This document shows positions 19,216 through 26,656 of a stretch of 37,733 nt of DNA, piece by piece. The translations under genes and the position numbers were made by a program. The notes under the pieces are model-generated. The model was not told where the DNA came from. It was given only the letters and a program-made list of their open reading frames with translations, and searched no databases. Numbering within the stretch: position 1 is the first letter of the stretch; each line of letters begins with the position of its first letter. This DNA comes from Candidatus Woesearchaeota archaeon (GTDB lineage Archaea > Nanobdellota > Nanobdellia > Woesearchaeales > JACPBO01): positions 1 to 37,733 of the forward strand of contig JACPBO010000022.1 of assembly GCA_016180285.1 (NCBI GenBank), written 5' to 3'.

Positions 19216-20172
19216 ATGCCGCAACTAATTGATAAAATACTGGAACTAGAAGAAGAATTGAAAAGAATAGAACTAAAAAGAAGGACATTTGTAATAACTA
19301 ACATGGGAGACATTACAGGAATGGAGTTAGGTGAGAATCAAACACTAAAAGAAGCAAAAAGACTGTTTTGTGAATATAGAAAAGCGTTAAATGGTACTCT
19401 GATTAAAAAGATGATGGTTGGTTCAATAAGAAGCAAATTAGAAACCATCCTAAACGAGACCATAGAAACACCGCCAAATTCTTCAAACTACAACCATGAA
19501 TGTGCGCTTCTTATCAAAGGGTCCTTGTCGCTTCTTGAAAACAGGTATGATGACGCAATAAACCTATTATCAGGTCTTAACTCATTCCCAGCACTTAAAT
19601 TATTAGGTATTGCGTACTATAGAAATGGCGATTTGGATAAAGCAATTGATAGTTTAGAACAAGCACTCCAGCTTTCACCAGATGCAGAGACTTACAATAT
19701 ACTGGGTGGAGTTAAACAAAGAAATAGGGATGTTGACGGAGCAATTGAGGCGCATAAAAAGGCGTATGACATTGATAATTCTAACAAAGAGGCAAATACA
19801 GAGTTGGCAAGGCTTTATAGGGAAAAAGCAGCAACTTTAGAAACCGAGGTGCTTAATGAGTGCAATGTTGACACAGCTGTTTTACCTGAATTCAAAAGCG
19901 CAAGAACTGCTTATAGCACTAAGAATTATGAAGTAGCAAGATCATTATTTCACAATGTAGTTTCAGCACTTGCAAGCTCAAATGAAGATAATAAATTAGT
20001 CAAAGCAAAAGCACTGCATTACCTTGCCTGCTTATCAACAGAATCTAGAGACCAAATAGGGCACTTACGGCAATCAATTGATGCAAAGGCTACAAAAGAA
20101 GCATATAAAGACATTGTAAAGGTGCATGAAATTTCATTAACCACATCAAAAGAAAATGCCAAAACTGATTGA
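19216..20172 (+). CDS. Tagged protein 3: TPR protein
   Basis: MPQLIDKILELEEEL; TPR LGIAYYRNGDLDKAIDSLEQALQLSPD. Confidence 0.85.
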   Translation: MPQLIDKILELEEELKRIELKRRTFVITNMGDITGMELGENQTLKEAKRLFCEYRKALNGTLIKKMMVGSIRSKLETILNETIETPPNSSNYNHECALLIKGSLSLLENRYDDAINLLSGLNSFPALKLLGIAYYRNGDLDKAIDSLEQALQLSPDAETYNILGGVKQRNRDVDGAIEAHKKAYDIDNSNKEANTELARLYREKAATLETEVLNECNVDTAVLPEFKSARTAYSTKNYEVARSLFHNVVSALASSNEDNKLVKAKALHYLACLSTESRDQIGHLRQSIDAKATKEAYKDIVKVHEISLTTSKENAKTD

Positions 20173-21187
20173 TAAGATTATGGAACTAGAGTACGAAATC
20201 AAAAGACGACATTCTGCAGAGATAAGAAAGAGGGTTAAAATGGGCATTATCGGATTTGTTGCTATTGGCCTGATTTCCTGTTTAGGTTATTTTAGTATAA
20301 GGAATTCTAGAAGTAGAGAATCTGTAGTTGAAACAACCAAAGTTGAAGAAGTAAAAAAGCCTGTTTATGAAATGCCTGTTGTTGAAAAAGAACACGTTGC
20401 AACTTATGAAAAGCAGATTAAAAAAAATACATTATCTGTTCCCTACGTGGGAAGTGAAAAATCTAAACCACTACAAGAAGAACATAAAAAATCCGAGGCT
20501 CAAATTTCATCAAAAACTGAGAAAAAATCATCATCTTATTACAACCCGCTAAAATTGATGAAAGACCATAACTACAACACACAGCTTTCTGGCATAAAAA
20601 GAAGATTTAATAATTTAAGCGAAATGCACAAAGAAGAAGAGAAACTGCTCAGAGAGATGTACAAGATTTTTCCCGGTGGCGAAAAAGGACCAATTCCAGT
20701 TGCCGAAAAAGAGTGTTTTAATGCTTTTATATGCAATTCAATGTTGGAAGAGATAATACAGTCCGGCAAAAAACAGGGCATTGACACAACAGAGGCAGAG
20801 CAATTAGACGACCAAGTAGATAATAAAATTCTCTATCAGTTTGAAGACCTTTTCATGTTTTTTGCAAGAGGAATGAAAAAACTGAGAGAAAATGAAGATT
20901 TCTGGAAAAAGAATATTGATGCTGAGCCAAATGACATATCTGCTTATTTAAAAAATTATCCATGGGATACTATGTATCCTACTTTTCTTGATTATTTACA
21001 TGAAATGACAGAATACCGGCAAAAAAGCGGTTTTAACATATCATCCACTAAACTGAATGATCATGAGCTATTTTCAGCATTAGCCAAAAAACTGTCTGAA
21101 AAGGCAGAAAAAGGCGAATATAGAATAAGAGACGCCAGACTCAAAGAGGATTTTTATAAAAAAATTGAGGAGCTCGCAAAAAAATAA
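20156..21187 (+). CDS. Tagged protein 4: single TM helix plus helical domain
   Basis: MPKLIDKIMELEYEI; TM MGIIGFVAIGLISCLGYF. Confidence 0.8.
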   Translation: MPKLIDKIMELEYEIKRRHSAEIRKRVKMGIIGFVAIGLISCLGYFSIRNSRSRESVVETTKVEEVKKPVYEMPVVEKEHVATYEKQIKKNTLSVPYVGSEKSKPLQEEHKKSEAQISSKTEKKSSSYYNPLKLMKDHNYNTQLSGIKRRFNNLSEMHKEEEKLLREMYKIFPGGEKGPIPVAEKECFNAFICNSMLEEIIQSGKKQGIDTTEAEQLDDQVDNKILYQFEDLFMFFARGMKKLRENEDFWKKNIDAEPNDISAYLKNYPWDTMYPTFLDYLHEMTEYRQKSGFNISSTKLNDHELFSALAKKLSEKAEKGEYRIRDARLKEDFYKKIEELAKK

Positions 21188-21198
21188 TTTTCACTTGT

Positions 21199-21219
21199 CA
21201 ATAACAAAAAGTTTATATA
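21199..21219 (+). promoter_or_regulatory. BRE/TATA promoter of second tagged-gene operon
   Basis: CAATAACAAAAAGTTTATATA, then GGAGG RBS before ATG 21252. Confidence 0.7.
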
Positions 21220-21251
21220 TTTAAATAGATCTCTACCTGAGGGGAGGCAAG

Positions 21252-21734
21252 ATGGCAGAAGAAAATCCGCTTGAAACGAAAATAAAGGAATTAGCAGAAA
21301 GAGCCAAGCAGTTGCATGAAGAGGAAGCAAGCGGCAGCAAGGCAAAAGAAGCATCTATTTATGAGGAATTTGGAACAAAAAAGGCCACGTTGATTTCTTT
21401 GGTAGATGAATTGCCTTATGATCCATCAACCGGGCTGCCCGTGCCTGAAAGACTTAAAGAAATAATGGAACAAGATACGGCATTAGGCGCATATGCAAAA
21501 AGCAATAGCATAACTGACAAAGTTAAAAAAGAGCTTAATGAAGTAGATGAAAAAATTGAAAAAATGAGAGAAAAAGCTAAAACGACCTTGGTATCAGCAT
21601 TATTTCCTTACGGCTTAGAGCGCGTTGAGGATAATGTTAAAAATTTTGTAGACAAAAAGCCTTTTGGAAAAGATGAAAGAAGGGGCTTGGAAATATGCAA
21701 AGCGGTGTGCCGCAGCTTGAATTTGCAATATTAG
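21252..21734 (+). CDS. Tagged protein 5: helical hypothetical protein
   Basis: MAEENPLETKIKELAERAKQL; GGAGG RBS. Confidence 0.8.
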   Translation: MAEENPLETKIKELAERAKQLHEEEASGSKAKEASIYEEFGTKKATLISLVDELPYDPSTGLPVPERLKEIMEQDTALGAYAKSNSITDKVKKELNEVDEKIEKMREKAKTTLVSALFPYGLERVEDNVKNFVDKKPFGKDERRGLEICKAVCRSLNLQY

Positions 21735-21766
21735 TGCTTATTAACAGAAGATGCAGAAAGGTAAAA

Positions 21767-22567
21767 ATGGCAGAAAAAAATCCTCTTGAAGAGAAAATAA
21801 AGAAATTAGAAGAGAGAGCCAGGCAAATACAAGATGAAAATGCTCAGACTGCGCCTTCTTCTGCAGATGAAACATTTAATGCATTTTTACTTCCCCCTTT
21901 ACCCGAAGTCAACCAAAAAAAGGCCGTAGAGTATGCATCATTTCCAGAAAAATACAATAATCTTGAAAAACGAACAGGAAGCTGGTTGAAAAGAGGCATA
22001 GTTGGTGTAATTGGATTGGCTATCTTTGGTTTGCTCGCATATGCTTATGTATCATCAAGGCCAATTAATCGCTTTCATTCAAGATTGAGTAATATTAAAG
22101 AGAATATTGCTCATCAAAAATACGACGGGCTTACAGAAAAGGTAAGAGCATTAGCAACTGATGTAGGAAAAGAAAAGCCTACTGTTCCCACTAAAAAGAT
22201 TTTAGAAGAATTACAGTCACTTACTTATAAAAAATCAATAAAGATAGAAGCCAGAACTGAAAGAAGGCTTGTTAAAGAAGGGCATTACGAGCAGGTTTGG
22301 GTGGAGCCACAGTATGAAACGAAGACAGTAGACCCGGTCGGAAATGCAATCGGATCAGTTTTACAATGGCTTCCATTTAATTGGTCAGTCAGCCACAGTT
22401 TACCTGTTAAAGAAAAAACTGTAAAGGTCAAAGATGGGTATTATGAAAACAAATGGGTTGCACCAGTTTATCAAGATATAACTTTTCCTGCGCATTACCA
22501 AAAAATAGAAATCAACCCCTATAATGATACGCAAAAAGTAATTGAAGATAACATTCCAATAAAATAA
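21767..22567 (+). CDS. Tagged protein 6: single TM helix plus C-terminal GHYE-x2-W repeat domain
   Basis: Start ATG 21767 (MAEKNPLEEKIKKLEERARQI); TM GIVGVIGLAIFGLLAYAYV; ends TQKVIEDNIPIK like 17784-19214. Confidence 0.8.
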   Translation: MAEKNPLEEKIKKLEERARQIQDENAQTAPSSADETFNAFLLPPLPEVNQKKAVEYASFPEKYNNLEKRTGSWLKRGIVGVIGLAIFGLLAYAYVSSRPINRFHSRLSNIKENIAHQKYDGLTEKVRALATDVGKEKPTVPTKKILEELQSLTYKKSIKIEARTERRLVKEGHYEQVWVEPQYETKTVDPVGNAIGSVLQWLPFNWSVSHSLPVKEKTVKVKDGYYENKWVAPVYQDITFPAHYQKIEINPYNDTQKVIEDNIPIK

Positions 22568-22586
22568 GCGTCATGCCAAAAAAGAG

Positions 22587-22621
22587 ATGTTGTACTTTCA
22601 GCTACAACATAAGTTTATATA
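22587..22621 (+). promoter_or_regulatory. Palindromic operator plus TATA, copy 1
   Basis: ATGTTGTA-N8-TACAACAT-AAG-TTTATATA. Confidence 0.85.
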
Positions 22622-22691
22622 AAATATCCGCTTAACAAGCATAAGATTTTCAGAAAATACGGAAAAACAATGAAAAACGGAGGTTGAGAAC

Positions 22692-22880
22692 ATGGACTCA
22701 GACTTCAGATATATCCCGCCACCAGAAATAAAAATTGACCCGATTATACCGCTTATGCCCATTATAGAGCTGCCAAAAATTGACCCAATAATCAAAATAG
22801 AAAAAGAGCCAGAGTATTTCCTCATATTTGACCCTTCAGTCAAAGTCTATAGGCCCTTCCTTAAGTCCATTTATGACTGA
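22692..22880 (+). CDS. Small Pro/Ile-rich protein (62 aa)
   Basis: GGAGGT RBS; downstream of promoter copy 1; KIDPII occurs twice. Confidence 0.6.
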   Translation: MDSDFRYIPPPEIKIDPIIPLMPIIELPKIDPIIKIEKEPEYFLIFDPSVKVYRPFLKSIYD

Positions 22881-22938
22881 TGGAACTTTTTTGGTTAATG
22901 CAAAATATGCGCATTGATTAACATATTATCTAAGAAAT

Positions 22939-22973
22939 ATGTTGTACACTTAACCACAACATAACTTTATATA
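22939..22973 (+). promoter_or_regulatory. Palindromic operator plus TATA, copy 2 (upstream of Lrp gene)
   Basis: ATGTTGTA-N8-CACAACAT-AAC-TTTATATA. Confidence 0.85.
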
Positions 22974-23063
22974 AAAAATTCTATCAGAGTAGCTTAACTT
23001 TTTCCAAAAACATATGATATTTTTTGAAAAAATGCCTATTATTCAACAAAAAAGGGAAATTAA

Positions 23064-23516
23064 ATGCTAAATCCAAGAGATCTGCTGATAATCATGCAGT
23101 TAAGAAAGAACGCAAGGCAGTCGCTTGTAGACATTTCAAAGGAAACGAAAATACCTGTAAGCACGATTTACGATAAAATAAGATCGCATGAGAAGGGGGC
23201 TATAAAGAAGCACACAGCGCTGCTGGATTTCCAAAAGCTGGGCTTCAACATCAGGATAAAGCTATTGCTCAGCGTAAAAAAAAGGGAAGATTTCCAGAAA
23301 TTCATTTTAAGCCATGAAAACATAAACTCAGCCTACCAGATTGACGGCGAATATGAGTTTATGCTTGACTGCATTTTCAGGTATATGGCGGATATGCAGG
23401 ATTTTATGAAGAAGATCGAGCAGTACGGCGTTGAAAAGAAGCAGATGCACTATGTTTCAAATGAGCTGAAGTGCGAGTCATTTTTGGAAGATTCGGCTTA
23501 TCCGGAAACAACATGA
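23064..23516 (+). CDS. Lrp/AsnC family transcriptional regulator
   Basis: HTH DLLIIMQLRKNARQSLVDISKETKIPVSTIYDKI; LLDFQKLGF linker; RAM domain YQIDGEYEFML. Confidence 0.92.
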   Translation: MLNPRDLLIIMQLRKNARQSLVDISKETKIPVSTIYDKIRSHEKGAIKKHTALLDFQKLGFNIRIKLLLSVKKREDFQKFILSHENINSAYQIDGEYEFMLDCIFRYMADMQDFMKKIEQYGVEKKQMHYVSNELKCESFLEDSAYPETT

Positions 23517-23521
23517 TGCCG

Positions 23522-23556
23522 CTGTTGTACTTCCGACTACAACATAAGTTTATATA
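23522..23556 (+). promoter_or_regulatory. Palindromic operator plus TATA, copy 3
   Basis: CTGTTGTA-N8-TACAACAT-AAG-TTTATATA; downstream leader resembles that of copy 1. Confidence 0.85.
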
Positions 23557-23618
23557 AAAAATCCAACTAACAATCGTTAGATTTTCCGAATATCCAGAAA
23601 ATACCGAGGAAACACAAA

Positions 23619-23798
23619 ATGTTTGAAGTGCTGATTGAAAAAACAAAAAAAGTTTACAGCAGGCTCGTTGAAGATCGCTCGAAATCAAATTGGATGTACG
23701 ATCATTCGGCGTATAAGCCAATTGACACATCAGCTGCAACAGGCAACGGGTGGTTAAACAGGCAGGCTATACTTTACGCATTAAACGGCAAAAAATGA
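23619..23798 (+). CDS. Small hypothetical protein (59 aa), not in ORF track
   Basis: GAGGA RBS; MFEVLIEKTKKVYSRLVEDRSKSNWMYDHSAYKPIDTSAATGNGWLNRQAILYALNGKK*; ATGA overlap with next gene. Confidence 0.6.
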   Translation: MFEVLIEKTKKVYSRLVEDRSKSNWMYDHSAYKPIDTSAATGNGWLNRQAILYALNGKK

Positions 23799-24031
23799 AA
23801 AATATCATCAGTTCAATAATATTGATAAGGAAAGCAGGCAATGAAAATGCCAATAGCGGGCCTATATTGGAGGCCATCATAAGAGAATGTGATTTTTCAG
23901 ACAGGAATTATTTGATTAATGATCGATGGTATTATGTTGAAGTTTATGCTGATGGGCTTACAAAGCAGGATGTCAAGAAAATAAAGAAAGCGTCATCACA
24001 ATCATATTGCATTAATCCAATATTAAATTGA
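23795..24031 (+). CDS. Small hypothetical protein
   Basis: ATG 23795 coupled by ATGA to the 23619 ORF. Confidence 0.55.
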   Translation: MKNIISSIILIRKAGNENANSGPILEAIIRECDFSDRNYLINDRWYYVEVYADGLTKQDVKKIKKASSQSYCINPILN

Positions 24032-24086
24032 TTTTGGAAAAATAAAATTCGAAATAGCGTGAGCTATAGAACAAGAAGGAGGTCGA

Positions 24087-24680
24087 TTGAAAATGAAATA
24101 CCAACAAACTAAGTTGTATGAGCTAGTCAGGAACACTATATTAACAGGGCTTCTAGTAGCAACACCGCTTGTTGCGAGTGGTTGTTTGAAATCAACAGAC
24201 CCTTATATAAAAGCAGAGCAAAGTTTGGATACAGTTGCAAAGTATGCAAGCAGAAAACCAAGAACAGAGGCTGAGGCTAAGAGCAAGCAGCAGTTCATGG
24301 CAAAGGCGAAGAAAAACATAGTGCAGATTACTGCTGCAAGCCCTGAACTGAAAGAAGAACTCTGGGAAGAGGCTTATTTACCTTCTGAAAAGCAGCAAAA
24401 AGCAATTGAGACTGTAAGCGGGATGCCTCTTACGCAGAGAGTTGGCGTAGTTTTAAAGCCGTCTGCAGATCAGATTAACTCTGAGAGAAATAAGCTTTAT
24501 AGCGAAGCAAAAGGATTAGATGAAGCAGCAACAGCAATAGACCTATATGATGTGAAAAGAGGGGATACAAGCAGCATAGATGCTAAGTTAGATGATGATC
24601 CAGAAATAGCAAGGCTGCAAAGAATGAAGTTGAACATTGAGCTTTTAAAAAGAGAAGCCGGAGAAAATAATATTCCATAG
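24087..24680 (+). CDS. Putative lipoprotein
   Basis: GGAGGT RBS; signal peptide ending in lipobox-like LVASG|C. Confidence 0.65.
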   Translation: MKMKYQQTKLYELVRNTILTGLLVATPLVASGCLKSTDPYIKAEQSLDTVAKYASRKPRTEAEAKSKQQFMAKAKKNIVQITAASPELKEELWEEAYLPSEKQQKAIETVSGMPLTQRVGVVLKPSADQINSERNKLYSEAKGLDEAATAIDLYDVKRGDTSSIDAKLDDDPEIARLQRMKLNIELLKREAGENNIP

Positions 24681-24691
24681 GAGGTGGAAAA

Positions 24692-25003
24692 ATGATACCG
24701 CGAATAATAAAATATGGCATGGTTGTTGGAACAATAGTTGGAGCAGCATATTTGGGTTATGACTACAGTGAAAGAAAGCATGATAGTTACATATCGCAAT
24801 TTATAGGTGGGATGATAAATGTTGCCAAAGGAGAAAATGGCAAGCCTTACGTAGCTAAGACATCCTTAGACGACAATCTAGACAAGGTATTAGAAGCAAA
24901 TTCACAGGAATTGGTTGCAAAGCTTAACCAAAAAGAAAAAGAGATTGATGCAAGGATTGCTAAGACACAGGCTGAAAAGGTTTCGCAAAAAGTCAGACAT
25001 TAA
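24692..25003 (+). CDS. Small membrane-anchored coiled-coil protein
   Basis: GGAGGTG RBS; N-terminal TM GMVVGTIVGAAYLGY. Confidence 0.7.
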   Translation: MIPRIIKYGMVVGTIVGAAYLGYDYSERKHDSYISQFIGGMINVAKGENGKPYVAKTSLDDNLDKVLEANSQELVAKLNQKEKEIDARIAKTQAEKVSQKVRH

Positions 25004-25005
25004 AG

Positions 25006-25488
25006 ATGTCAGACAATGAAAACGGCTATAAATTCGAAATATTTGTTGAAAAGCTGTACAAAAACCTTGGAAAGGACAATGTGCAGCGGAACTTATTGCT
25101 AGCTGACAGAACTAGCAATAACGGCCAGAGATGCCAGATTGACCTGGCATTTGATGACTGGCTTGCAAAGCGCTATGTGGAATGCAAGTATTACGAAAAT
25201 ACAAGCGTTCCATTTGGTGATGTTGAAGAGTTTGTAACCAAGCTCGGAAAAATAGGAGCAGAAACATGCCAAGGAATAATGGTTACAAACAGCAGCTTTA
25301 TGCCATCAGCAATGAAATATGCAAAAGAGCATGGCTTGCATTTGATCGATGGCCTAAAACTTGAGGAAATATACCGGAAAAGCTGCTTATGCGACTGCGA
25401 CTTCATTCAATTCATCAAGTACAAATTTGGAAAAAGATCATTGGGAGATGAGGTTAACAAGATTGAATTAAAGAAAGAAAATAGATAA
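25006..25488 (+). CDS. Mrr-like PD-(D/E)xK restriction endonuclease domain protein
   Basis: GYKFE, QIDL, VECKYY, GIMVTNSSF, LIDG. Confidence 0.85.
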   Translation: MSDNENGYKFEIFVEKLYKNLGKDNVQRNLLLADRTSNNGQRCQIDLAFDDWLAKRYVECKYYENTSVPFGDVEEFVTKLGKIGAETCQGIMVTNSSFMPSAMKYAKEHGLHLIDGLKLEEIYRKSCLCDCDFIQFIKYKFGKRSLGDEVNKIELKKENR

Positions 25489-25511
25489 TGATAAAGAAGG
25501 AGGAAAACAAA

Positions 25512-26627
25512 ATGACTGAAGAAAATAAAAACCCTGGAACTGGAGGAGAAGGTGCTTTTTTTGGAGGTGCAGGTGCTCCACCAAATTCAACAGCAACCGC
25601 AACACCAACACAACTTGATACTGAAAATGGCAACGGTGTTTTAACTGATGCGCAAAGAGAAGTGCAAAGGACAATAAGAGAAAAACACGGCATCGATATT
25701 TTTGCTGAGAGTTTATTTGACCAAGAAGCTGGAAAATTCGTAGGGGATGACGAGGCATTAAAACATTATTATGAACAGCAAAAAAAAGAATATAAAAGCT
25801 TGATAAAGAGAGCGGCAGATACAGTAGTTGAACATGTACAAAAATTCAATATTAAACAAGTTGTAGATAAAATAGCCAGCAGTACAGGAGATAGAAAAGA
25901 GTTCTTATTTAGTACTAAAGATGCCATTCCAACAGGAGCATTGGAAAGGGAAATACAAGGTTTAACTGAAGATAAAGCGTTACTTGAAAAAGCACAAAGT
26001 GTGACTCAAAAAACAATTAATACACTTGAAGATAAATGTGATGAATTTCATAGAAAGGGCGAAGAAGCAAAAAACAGGACATACCAAAATGCGAAAAAAG
26101 CTTCTCAGGCAGAAAAAGAAATGGCAAGATTAGTAGAAGAAAGTCAGAAGATAGATACCAATTACCGAGCAAACAAAATAAGCTATGAGAAATCAATGGA
26201 AGAAAAATACAATATCAACCAAGAAATCAGAAGACAAGACAATATCTACCGGGTCGCAAATTTATCGGTGAAAAAAGAAAAGATAATTGGAAAGCTATCG
26301 GAGCAGAGCGAGAAGATCTACAAATATATGCTGCAGGACTTTTACTGGACCGAGCTTAGCAAAATTAGCACTGGTTTAACAGAAGTGGAGTACTCAATCA
26401 GTTTAAGGAAAGAAGTGCTAGATATGATGATAGACTTAGGAGACAAAAATATCTTCGAGAGGAATAAAATAATTGATAGAATAAGGAAAAAAGAAGGGAT
26501 ATTTGTTGGAACGTTAGAGAATGTTAAAACTTTACTAAAACATTACGCAGGAGAGAATGAGCGCTATATCAGCGAAAGTGAATCACCACTGCTAAAATTC
26601 AAAATCGAAGATAGGCTATTGTCTTAA
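25512..26627 (+). CDS. Coiled-coil protein with disordered N-terminus
   Basis: GGAGGA RBS before ATG 25512 (alternative 25488); long K/E-rich heptads. Confidence 0.75.
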   Translation: MTEENKNPGTGGEGAFFGGAGAPPNSTATATPTQLDTENGNGVLTDAQREVQRTIREKHGIDIFAESLFDQEAGKFVGDDEALKHYYEQQKKEYKSLIKRAADTVVEHVQKFNIKQVVDKIASSTGDRKEFLFSTKDAIPTGALEREIQGLTEDKALLEKAQSVTQKTINTLEDKCDEFHRKGEEAKNRTYQNAKKASQAEKEMARLVEESQKIDTNYRANKISYEKSMEEKYNINQEIRRQDNIYRVANLSVKKEKIIGKLSEQSEKIYKYMLQDFYWTELSKISTGLTEVEYSISLRKEVLDMMIDLGDKNIFERNKIIDRIRKKEGIFVGTLENVKTLLKHYAGENERYISESESPLLKFKIEDRLLS

Positions 26628-26656
26628 TTTATTTTTTTATTTTTTAGGTGATTCAA

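Noticed and set aside
22598..23739. Minus-strand ORFs 22598-22843 and 23404-23739 sharing IFYINLCCS
   Set aside because: The shared peptide is just the reverse complement of the repeated operator+TATA; both overlap better-supported plus-strand genes
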